The notes below the pieces were generated by a model that was not told the origin of the DNA, did no database searches, and was given only the letters and a program-made list of their open reading frames with translations. The translations under genes were made by a program, and so were the position numbers. Source: Lama guanicoe (lineage: Eukaryota). Taken from it: a stretch of DNA of 64,000 bases. The stretch covers positions 6,745,078-6,809,077 of the forward strand of contig MU054001.1 in the NCBI GenBank assembly GCA_013239625.1, given 5' to 3'. Position 1 is the first letter of the stretch, and every line of letters begins with the position of its first letter. Shown here in pieces: positions 12,787 through 23,311 of this stretch.

Positions 12787-13850
12787 ATGGGATCCTCAAA
12801 ATCAAAGCCAACAGTTCTGGACTGCATGATTAAAATTTTTAAAAAGGGTTTCTCAAGAAGCTATGAAATTAAATTGACACCAAAAAATTGTGCACGTTGT
12901 GTGAGTCAGAGTGGCCCACCTTTGGAGTGGGATGGCCCCCGGAAGGTACACTAGACCTGTCAGATGTCGGGGCCATACACTGGATAATCACCACACCCCC
13001 AGGGCACCGCAACCAATTCCCATATAGATTCTTGGCTAAAGACCACCCAAACCTTGCCTCCATGGGTTCGGGTCTACACAAATGGTCAGGGACAATATAA
13101 AATTCTCATGGTCCCAACATTAAAAATGAAAAAAGACATGAGGCCAGTCCTTCGGGGCAACCCTGAAGAACTGCAGATGCTACCCTTGCCAAATGTTCCT
13201 CCTACTTCTGCAGCTCCACCATAGCTGCCTCTACCAGACGGTCCACCACCGCCTGTACCGCCACGGTGGCCCCGGGCTCTGAGCAGAGAGCCCAAGGGGT
13301 GGAAACCCCGTTCAGCCCCACAGGCCGCCCAGCCAGCGGCCACCCTCCGGAGGCCTCTCTGGGAAACCCAAGGGCCCCAACAAGTTGACAATGGTGGCCC
13401 TGAACAGCCCGGCCACTCCATCTTGTACTACTAGCCTTTCAGTACAATGGATCTCCTGAACTGGCGACGCCATACTCCGCCGTATTTGGAAAAACCCCAG
13501 GCCACGATTGACCCCCTAGAGTCCATCTTCCAGACCCACCAGCCGACGGGATGACATTCAACAGCTGCTCCTGACACTCTTCAATACAAAAGAAAGAAAG
13601 CAGATCATAACAAACTAGAAAATGACTACAAGAGGAGGCCCCAGAGGAAACCATCGATGTGGAGGAATGGGCCCGGAATGCAGCCCCAGACACAAGACCA
13701 GAATGGAACTCTAACTCCCAAGCCAAATGGGAGGCTCTGCGGACATATCGGAGAGACCTCCTACATGGGTTGCGAGCTGGGGCAAAGAAACCAACCAACA
13801 TGTCTACGACCACCATGATACAAAAGCCAGACAAGTCCCCCATGTACTAT
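12787..13850 (+). pseudogene. gag: Disrupted gag (MA, proline-rich linker, N-terminal CA)
   Basis: MGSSKSKPTVLDCMIK.FKKGF...LCESEWPTFGVGWPPEGTLDL (gamma-type MA); QTHQPT..DDIQQLLLTLFNT; YRRDLLHGLRAGAKKPTNMS; frameshifts and stops. Confidence 0.9.
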
Positions 13851-13857
13851 GGTGAAA

Positions 13858-15260
13858 GGCAATTTGGGAGCCCACAGACATGCCAATCATCCACTATAAA
13901 GGACACCATAAAGGGAAATGACCCCACAAACAGAAGAAACCAACTAGCAGATCAAGCTACACATAAAGTGGCAAATGAATCGGGCCATGCCAGAGGTCTT
14001 GGGGCTATCCCAAAGGCTCGACCAGCACCCAAACTGCTGCCAACATCTCCAGCATACAGCTACGAGGAAAACTCATGGGCAAAAACTAAAGGAGGGTCCA
14101 GAGGAAAGGAAGGATGGCGGGTGATGCCTGACAAACGGATATATATACCTGAATGATTAGCCCACCAGGTGGTCCTTCAGCACATGAGCTCGCCCACCTG
14201 GGAAAGACTGCCCCAGAGGCCCTGCTGGAGCAGTACTGTCTGATCCCTCAACTTCCATCCCTCTGTGCCACAGTCTCAGAGCGCTGCCTCATGTGTGCTC
14301 AGAATAATGCACAATGGGGGTCAGCTGGACCAAGAGAAATCCAGTGCTGTGGCCAGGCTCCTTTTAAAGATATGGAGATGGGTTTTGCAGAAATGGGGCC
14401 CAGCAGAGGATACAACTACTTGCTGGTTTTTATCTGCACCTTTTCAGGATGGGTAGAAGCATACCCAAGGCAGACTGAGGAAACAAAGAGAAGTAACAAA
14501 GGCCTTACTCAGAGACATCATTCCCAGATTCGGGATGCCATTAACCATAGGGTCAGACAATGGACCTGCATTCATGATGGAAATAGTACAAGAAGTGGCA
14601 AAAACACTAAACATCTGCTGGAATCTACATGAGGCCTACAGGCCCCAGCATTCAGGGAGGATGGAGCGCATGGGCCAAACCCTAAAAAGGAAATGATAAA
14701 GCGCGGTCAAGAAACTCAACTACCTGGGACTGACACTCTGCCCATGGCTCTCCAGTGGGTACTCTATGCCCCTAGGTCCAAGATGGGATTCTCCCTTTTT
14801 GAAATCTTACATAGGAAACCCCCTCCCCTGATGTTACTAGGAGAAAAAGTTAGAGAGGTGGGAAGCTCAGAACTTCATAAACAAATGCAGGGTCTCAAAA
14901 AAACTATGTGGAAAGTCCATAGGTGGGTAACTGACAGGACCCCAGTCTCACTGGGAACAATGCTACACCCATATGAGCCAGGAGATCAAGTCTGGATAAA
15001 AGATTGGAGAAAGGAGCCCCTTGAACCCACTTGGAGGGATCCCTACCAAGTTATACTAGCCATCCCAACAGCTCTTAAAGTTGCAGGTTATTGCCCCATG
15101 GATTCATCACACCAGAGTAGAGAGAAGCACCACCGTGAGATAAGGATGTCTAGAGACTCAACCAGGACCTTGAGGAGCCACTTGAAATCGGGGCCAGAGA
15201 CTCCCGCCTCACCTGCCAGAGAGCACCAAGCCTTGCTCTAGCCACACCCGGAAGCTGGCT
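13858..15260 (+). pseudogene. pol: Disrupted pol remnant: RNase H C-terminus plus integrase
   Basis: AIWEP..IIHYKGHHKG..NQLADQA; HELAHLGK..C..C zinc finger; [51 protein letters not shown]. Confidence 0.9.
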
Positions 15261-15692
15261 AGTCAACGCATGGTGGAAGCCTGAGGAGCCACCAATCAAG
15301 ACATAAAATAAACTTCTGCCCTTACTTTATTATTGAGTATTGTTACTATATTACTAGCTGTAGAACTGATAGCCACTGCACCCCAGGATTGGAACATAGG
15401 CCAGAAACTAATACTAGCTGTACTCTCTCTACAATAAAAAGCCTAATGGTCAGTCAGTGTCTGCTAATAGGAACCATATCTCCCTGTTAAAAAAAAAAAA
15501 AAAACCCAAACCCTTCTGCTTATAAAAGTAGTTGCTGACATATCTCTTTCCATGACGGGGGTTCCAATGGGACCCATTCGCCAAATTGCATTTGGCAGGG
15601 ACATACTCCCCAGAAAAAATTCCCAGCCTACATGCTCAGGGCCCTTCTATTGACCTAGCAAGGATTGGGAAAAGAAAAATAGACCTAGGTCC

Positions 15693-16788
15693 ATGCTTTA
15701 TAACCAGGCCTCCCAATTAAGTCCCTTATTAAACAAAGTCCATCACCTTCTTAATGCTACTAACCCACAACTAGCAAGTGATTGCTGGCTCTGTCTGCGT
15801 CCTGGCCCCCTCCAGCATGCAGCCAACCCAATAGGTCTCTCAGATCTAACCAAGTTTAATGGCCACCATGGGTGGCCCCCAGATTCCACAGATGTAAGCC
15901 CCAAGTCAGTTAACGTACAGTTGGCCTATACGGTTCCTGACTGCATCTACAACTCGGGGACAAAACATTCTGCAGGAAATCTGGCCACTGCCCAGTGTGC
16001 CCAAGCCCATAACTGCACAACTGTTTATGGTTGTATGCTGGCCAAACTAGTGCACACCAAGCCCAGGAACCTTTTTTGTATGTGGGGCACACGCCTACTG
16101 GTGCCTGCCAGCCAGCTGGACAGGCACTTGCACATTGGCCTTCCTTACCCCTTAGATGATATAATATTTAATAACCAGAGCCTTCCCGTACCCCTGATGG
16201 CCCATACTCAATCAAAAAGGGCCATCTAGTTAATACCACTACTCACTGGGCTAGGAATAGCAACTGGTGTGGGCACAGGAATAGGAGGAATAGCTTCATC
16301 ATCCTACTATTACCAGCAGTTATCTGCTGAGGTCACTGAAGGTTTAAAACAAGTGGCTGAATCCTTAACGACTCTACAAAACCAGTTGGACTCCCTAGCA
16401 GCAGTAGTCTTACAGAACAGGAGGGGTTTAGACTTGCTCACTGCCAAAAAGGGGGAACTCTGTCTTTTCCTAAATGAGAAATGCTGTTTCTATTTAAATC
16501 AATCAGGAATTGTCAGAAATATGGTCCAAAAACTACAAGATCGAGCTGAATGCAGAAACCAGGAATCAGCAAACTCCTGGGCACAGTGGAATAACCTCTG
16601 AAGTTGGGCCTCCTGGCTCCTCCCCCCCAGCAGGCCCCCTCCTTATGATCCTTCTAGCACTGCTGTTTTGTCCCTGCATCCTTAATCTCATTACCCGTTT
16701 CATTAGCCCACGAATAGAGTCACTAAGACTACAGCTACTAGTTACTCAGTACAGGCCCCTGGACCAGGAAGAACCCAATGATGAATAA
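15693..16788 (+). pseudogene. env: Disrupted gamma-type env (shortened SU plus TM)
   Basis: CWLC motif; SKR/AI cleavage site followed by TAG (16227-16229); fusion peptide LIPLLTGLGIATGVGTG; ISD LQNRRGLDLLTA; CX6CC (CLFLNEKCC); TGA at 16599; TM anchor PLLMILLALLFCPCILN. Confidence 0.92.
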
Positions 16789-16838
16789 GGGACACCATTC
16801 TAAGGTTGATGCTCACTACAGATGTTAAAGAGAGCATC

Positions 16839-16850
16839 AAAAGGGGGGAA
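16839..16850 (+). other. Polypurine tract
   Basis: AAAAGGGGGGAA immediately before the 3' LTR. Confidence 0.9.
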
Positions 16851-17439
16851 TGAGGTGGGAAGCCCCATAAAAAAAACCCAGCAGGGCTCCCAAGCAGGGC
16901 CACTACTCTCATGCCGGCACCATCAGGTTCCCTGGCCCAGAGGCTCTATCTCACTTTTTGCCTCTGAAACAGCTTACTTAACCCTAAAATTCTATTGGTT
17001 CCCTGAGCTCATTTCTGATTGGTTATTTCCTTCACTCTTCATTATTAATCTCACTTCTGATTGGTCCACTTCCCTAACTTCTGATTGGTCCATTTGTAGT
17101 ACTTCATTTGCATGGAGCTCACTTCTGGTTGGTTATTTCTCTCACTCCTGATTGGTGGTCCAGAGCTTGGAGTGTTCCTGGTTGGTCAACTTCTGTTATA
17201 CTTTATTTCCATATGATGTTGGAAAGTGTAAAACTGGCAGCCTATAAAGGCCTGTGTAAACCTACAGATGGGGTCCAGAGCTTGGAGTGTTAACTCTTCT
17301 GGGCCCGCTGGCATAATATAACCTGAGTTCTCCAACTCTCCGAGTGCTGTTTGGTCTCTCACCTGGATCCAGGTTGCTGTCAAAACTGAGCTGTAACACC
17401 GAGCTGTAACACTGAGCTATAACACGTTTTTCCCCAACA
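16851..17439 (+). mobile_element. 3' LTR of provirus
   Basis: Direct repeat of 10973-11539; by eye about 20 substitutions plus two local rearrangements. Confidence 0.95.
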
Positions 17440-17908
17440 GTGGCACTTCACTTCAGGTCACCATGGATGTGATGGCTTTCTAGATAAGGAGAGGTATTCA
17501 TTCATGACTCTTCTTAGTATGCAAGCCCCCAGTATGGCTGAAAAAATATTTAAATAGCTTATCTTTGATTTGCTGAAAGAAAATTTCAGAATGGGATCTT
17601 CTTTCCAAGGAGACACAGGCTTGAGCTACAAACATTTCAGAGTTTCATCTCTCATGGAGATCTCCCTAAAGAGTATTCTACTGTGGTTTCTTTTTAAAGA
17701 GAAAGAGGGCTTCCATCGCCAAGGCCAACAATCCTCTGGATTTCTTCTATGTATTTTTCCAGTTGGACCTGAGTAGCTGGTTTCTTTAGCAGGGTAAATC
17801 TGCTAGCCAAGTTCACAGCTAAACCACAGCTAAAGTAATGTCTCCATTACACTGACCTAGAAACTGTAATTCAAAACTACTGTTCATACAATTTCGAGGT
17901 ATCTTTCC
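17440..17908 (-). pseudogene. 5' half of the large decayed exon, split by the provirus
   Basis: Acceptor ctttttcctatgtttcag|GGA; GKIPRNCMNSSFELQFLGQCNGDITLAV..., with an 11-nt local duplication (tttagctgtg-like) shifting the frame; the sequence joins 10968 once the ERV is removed. Confidence 0.55.
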
Positions 17909-18501
17909 CTGAAACATAGGAAAAAGTTAATGACTGAGCTCAAATGACAAATGCTGATGCTAATGGCTGTTGGCTTTAGATAGTCCCCTGGGAGATCTTT
18001 AATTCTAGGATATTTGCAATTAATGCCTTCTGTTCTAAAGAAAATTTGAAATTTTATTTTGATTAAAGCAACTTCCTTTAAAAATCAAGCTATCAAAAAT
18101 AAATTCAAAACTTCTTTCAGCCATGTAGAATGCCCTTGAAGACTTAGATCCTATTTTCTAAAAGTTGGGAAATAAAGAATAACTTCTAAGGCATTTTCAC
18201 ATCTGACATAGATATGTATCTTAATTACCAGATAACAAGTTGACAGTCCATCAATAAAGAGCTAATTAAAAAAAACCCATGGTACATGCTCACAATGTAT
18301 GTTGTTATTTTTATTTTAAATGAGGAAAGAAAAATGAAGAAAATCTCTGTGTACTGATGTGGAAGGATTTTCAGGGTTTATCTGTGATCAAAGCCAGTGC
18401 AGAGCAGTGCATATAGTAATCTACCTTTTATATTTTAAAAAAAGATGAGATAAAAAGATGTTTGAATTACTTGATTTATATAAAGAAACAATGGAAGAAG
18501 G

Positions 18502-18620
18502 CAGGAGGGTATAGCTCAAGTGGTAGAGAACGTGCTTAAAAGTCCTGGGTTCAATCCCCAGTACCTCTCCTAAAAGAAAAAATAAATAAACCTAATTACC
18601 TACCCACCCCCCAAAAAAGA
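18502..18620 (+). mobile_element. Camelid Vic-1-type tRNA-derived SINE
   Basis: ggagggtatagctcaagtggtagag...gtcctgggttcaatccccagtacc...aataaataaacctaattacc (A and B boxes, typical tail). Confidence 0.85.
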
Positions 18621-20317
18621 AATTTAGGCAATGGGAGTGAGGTAAACCAAGGTGGAGAGGACGGGGTGGAAGCAAGATTTCTCTTTGTATAATTCTAAAT
18701 TATATGAATAAAATATAAATTTAAAAAATCTTAATTTCCCTGTAAGCAAGATGTCTATATTCATAAACTTATAGGTCTAAGAAACATTCACATCAAGATG
18801 GTTAAAACTGAAAAAGGTGCCTTTGAAAATAACTTAACGAAATTTTTCTAAGCTAGATTAAATAAAGTTTTTTTTTTCTTTTTCCTCTTCCCATTTTCCT
18901 TTAAGAGCTCAATCCTCCAGACCCAGAAATTTAGAAAGAAAGCATTAGGACTCTAGATTAAGCTAGAACTGGAAAAATATCCAATATCTTTTAATATAAT
19001 TAAAGTTCTGTAATAAATCATTCCAGGGGTTGTGTAGCCAGATCTGAACTGTTTCAGCACAACATTGGCTGGTACTACAGGAAATTTAAATTCCTGTGGA
19101 TTGGGTCTAAAATTATTGTCTGAAATTCTTCCTCTGTGCCCTCTGGAATTCACTACCCATCAAAATTCCTGTAGCCTCAACTCCTCTGAACATTCCCTTT
19201 GCCTTCTTACTCAAGTGGAAACCTGCAGCCCTCTTAAACTGTAGCTGTTTTTCCCCCTTTCCCCTGGGCCTTGAGGGTGACTTCAACCAGTCCCCAGACT
19301 CTGAATGCCACCATAGGATAACTGCTGCAAAATTTCTATCCCAGTCCTAACCTCTTCCCTGAGCTCTTGGTGATTAGATCTGACTCCTTAGTCTGCTTCT
19401 CTAGTTAGATATTAGAATTTCAAATTTAGTTCTGCTGAAACAGAATTCCTGATTCATACAATCACCAAATCTGCTTCTCCCTTAGTCTTTTTCATAAACG
19501 CCTTTTCCACCATCTTAGTGCCTCAAATAAAAAAATCTGAAACCATCTTGACTTTTCTCTTCTTTCATGTATCCACATCAAACCCATCAGGAAGTCCTAT
19601 GGGTCCCATAGGACCACAACTCATAATCCACTGATAGCACCACATTCTCACTGACATCCCACTGTCAAACATTATCATCTCTCTCCTGGACACCCTCAAA
19701 GTCCTTGTTCTACTCTCATAATGGTCACATTGCTAAATCCAATCCTCATGTGACAGCTGAAAGATTGTTGGGTCAGAGTATTAGAGTGAGTGGAAAGATA
19801 AGTGGTAATCAGTGAATGAGATTAAGGAGAATTTGGCAATGACAAAGTCATAGTCACAGGAGTGAATAACTCCATGGCAATGGAAGACAAGACCATTGGA
19901 TGTGAGTTGAAGGAAGTGACAGGCCAGGATGTTGGATCATTTACACATAGTATTTCAAGCTAAGAATTAATACAGTAGTGGAGTTGGAGAGTAAGCCAAG
20001 AGCTGTAATTTCTGAGAAATAAGAGGGATTCTAGGGGTCAGTTAATTGACAATGCAATGTAGGGTAGCAGGTAATATTGTCTGGTGACTAAATACTAAAG
20101 GCTTTACGTTTTTTGAAACGTGGGAGGAAGAAACATCTGAAAACAGCAATGAGATTCACCCATCTTATCTCCAGGCTTTAATTCTAAAATATATACCAAA
20201 TCCATTCACTCCTCTCCATTTTTACTGTAGCAATCCAAATCCATGCTGTCTACCTTTCTCTCTCTCTCCAATCCCTACAATTGAGTCTCCTAATTGGTTT
20301 CCTTGATTCTTACTTAC

Positions 20318-20637
20318 CAATATTTTATATTGTGTCTTTGATACTGTGATTTATTTTAATCTGATGAAATTCACTGAGAAAGAAGGTATTTGATGAGAAA
20401 ATTAAACTAAGTCCCAGATTGTGACTATCTTGATGACTAAGTCAGAATTGAATGAGCTTTCTGTATTCTATTCAATTTTGCTCTTTCTTAGCTATGATTT
20501 CTTTTCTTCTGATTAAAACAGTGTTGAGACCTCTTAGCACTATATCTAGGAAAAAGATTTGACACATATCACTACAGATTTTGAATGATTTCTCCTAATC
20601 TATATTATCAATTCTTTAATAACAATTGTTCTAATAC
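20318..20637 (-). pseudogene. Decayed exon, most 5' one detected
   Basis: Acceptor tttccatgccttag|G and consensus donor TTG|gtaagt; ...CQIFFLDIVLRGLNTVLIRRKEIIAKKEQN*IEYRKLIQF*... Confidence 0.5.
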
Positions 20638-20834
20638 CTAAGGCATGGAAATTTTATTAAGCAAATTCATAACTTTAGAATATTTAAATTGTATACCAGA
20701 ACAAAAGCATGTGTTCTTCATGTGTGAAACTGACAAAATAAAACAGTAACAGTAGTCTACAAATGTATCCTACATAAGCAACCAAGAATATGCACAAAAA
20801 TTAGACCACTGTTGAATCAAAAAAAATTGATAAA

Positions 20835-21145
20835 AATCTTGTTTACGAACCAAAAATAGACTCACAGACAGAAAACAAACTATGGTTACCAAAGGGGAAG
20901 GGTGGGAAAGGGATAAATTAGAAGTTTGAGATTAATAGAACCACATTACTATATAGAAAACAGATAAACAACAAGGACCTACAGTATAACATAGGGAAAT
21001 ATATTTAATTCCTTGTAATAACGTATAATGGAAAAGAATCTAAAAAAAAAGTATGTATATGTGTAACTGAATTGTTTTGCTGTAAACCTGAAACTAACAT
21101 TATAAATCAACTACACTTCAATAAAAAGCAAAATTAAAAACAAAA
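20835..21145 (+). mobile_element. LINE-1 3' UTR fragment
   Basis: aaaatagactcacagacagaaaacaaactatggttaccaaagggg...taaatcaactacacttcaataaaa. Confidence 0.8.
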
Positions 21146-21334
21146 ATTAGACCATAAGGCAGTTCATAGAAGCATTGTTTACAATGTTTAAAAACAATTG
21201 TAAACAATCCAAGTATTCAAAAATGAAATCACCAGAGACTATTTTTAAAAATACAATGCCTTGCCCTAATTTTGATCAATTCAGTCAGGACCTCTGACAG
21301 GTGAGGCCCAGAAACTAGCATTTTAAAAAAGTTC

Positions 21335-21918
21335 TGAGATGGGAGGGAAGGGGGCAGGGAACAGCCATTAAAGGAATGACACAGCAATTAGCACCAAGAT
21401 TTCAACTCCCAACAGACCTTGAGGCCCAGGATGGCAGGAGATTTGACTTCTAGTAGACCTTGAGTTTCATTATACACACTGTACTATATTAGCAGGGTGA
21501 ATGGCATGCCCCCAGGGGCCATTACAGGCCCTCCAGAGGGTGGTAGCCTGGTTCCTAGGAATTCCCACCCCTTCCCCAAAGTAGTCGGAGTAATCATTAG
21601 CATATGAAATTACTAAACCCATAAAAACTAACAGCCCCACACCCTGTGGCGGCTCTCTCTTGCCTTCTGAGACCAGCTGCATTCTGTCTACGTAGTGTGT
21701 ATCTACTTTTATTTTAACCGTCCCCCCTCCCCCAACCTCAAGGCTTCTTTGTAGTGTGCATATCTCTGAATAAATCTACTTTTACTCAAATACAACTCAT
21801 TCATGAATTCTTTCCTGTGCAAGGCCAAGGATCCTCACTTGGTGGGACACATCCCAGGGATTTGACTGAGACCTGGGACATGGCCATCCTCTTCTGCCCC
21901 ACATTTTTTCCTGTATCA
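21335..21918 (+). mobile_element. ERV1-type solo LTR inside a MER5-like element
   Basis: TGAGATG...GTATCA termini, near-TSD GTTC/GATC, AATAAA near 21769. Confidence 0.75.
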
Positions 21919-22049
21919 GATCGTCCATGAAGTTCTAATGTGCAATTTTTGAGTGAACTACCCTGTTTAAGTTAACACAATCTCATCTCTTTATACACCA
22001 TCAATGTGTTGAGGGGGTCCTAAATTTATATCTTCAGCCTGGAGTGCCA

Positions 22050-22950
22050 CCCTTCCAACTCCAGTCTTATAAACCCACTGCTTAGTCAACATTGCTCCTT
22101 GAATGTCTAATAAGCATCTCTAATGTGAACTCTTATTTTTACCCCACTCCATTTCCACCCCAAATGTATTCTTTCACCTGCAATTTCAAAATATATTCAG
22201 AATCCAAACATTCCTCACCAACTCCACCTCTTCCACCTGGGTCCAAGTCATATCTCTCTTGGGTTTTATTACAATAGATTCTCAATACAGTTACCAGATG
22301 TGTTTTTAAATGCAACTATGTTTATGTTTCTCTTCCACTCAAACCCTTCAGTGGCTTCCCATCTCTCAGAGTAAAAGCCAGAGTCTTTACAATGGACCTG
22401 ATTGGGTCTTGCACAACCTCTCCGACTTCAGCTCCTTCTACTATCTTCATAACTTGTTGTCACCCAGCCATACCGGCCTCCTTCCTCTAATGAGCCAGGA
22501 ATGCTCTGCCTTAGGGCCTTTACAGGCCCACTGCCTAAGAAGTCTTCTCAGAAATCCTCATGGCTAACTCCCTCACTTCCTTTGGATTAAAGTTCAAATG
22601 AACTTTATCAAATGAACCTTATCAATGAAGTTTTCCCCAAATACTGTAAACAAAAATATTTTGGCCCACTGGTAGTTACCTATAGCAGCTTACCTATTAA
22701 ACTTTCCTAAACTCTTAAAAAAAATAATATTCAAATCCCATGCTCCCTTATTCCTCTTCTTTCTCTTCAGAACACACATTTCATCTTTTAACTATATATT
22801 AACTTGTTTGCTTACCTTCCGTCTTCTCCACTAGGATGTAAATTCTGTGAAGGCAGTGATTTTTGTTTTGTTTATGACTATATCCCTAGCCCTGAAAAGT
22901 GCCTGACGCATAGTGAGTCCGTAATACATATTTCTTGACTGAATGAATAT
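22050..22950 (+). mobile_element. L2 fragments
   Basis: cttcagtggcttcccatctctcagagtaaaagcc... and ...gtgcctgacgcatagtgag...atttcttgactgaatgaat, the L2 3' end. Confidence 0.6.
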
Positions 22951-23311
22951 ATAGACATATTTTCTCCACTATTTTCTTCTCACACAAATGGTTAGATAAA
23001 CTTATCCAGTCAGTTTCTCCACTTACTGTACCACTGCAATAATATAAGCAAAACTGAATGTTTAAATGTGCTAATTTACATGGAAGGGTGTGACATGACA
23101 GGGTTCGACAGGTTAGCAGTGGGGCTATACGACCATGTACATCATAGGTATATGTATATAAATATGTGTATGTATGCAAACACATACAATAGGTATATAC
23201 ATATATACCATATACAACCATGCTGCCCCATCACTAAACAACCTAGTTTAGGAAGCGCAAGGAATTTAGATTGTCCAGTGATCCAAACCCCTAAATTTTT
23301 TCTTCTCAGAA

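Larger units (their letters stand above)
10973..17439 (+). mobile_element. Endogenous gammaretrovirus-like (ERV1) provirus, internally deleted, 6467 bp
   Basis: Paired TG...CA LTRs, near-perfect 4-bp TSD (GTGA/GTGG), PBS, gag, RNase H/integrase, env and PPT all present. Confidence 0.95.
1750..20637 (-). pseudogene. Decayed multi-exon (unitary-type) pseudogene of unknown identity, head-to-head with DNAJA2
   Basis: Minus-strand segments of unique sequence bounded by polypyrimidine-AG and GT sites, with largely compatible phases but scattered stops and frameshifts (individual exons listed separately). Confidence 0.65.

Noticed and set aside
15693..16601. env as a domesticated syncytin or a secreted restriction factor (Refrex/suppressyn-like)
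   Set aside because: Stop right after the cleavage site, a second stop before the TM anchor, frameshifts in SU and no in-frame signal peptide; it looks neutrally decayed
18505..18565. tRNA-like sequence with A and B boxes
   Set aside because: SINE head with an AT-rich SINE tail and no complete cloverleaf
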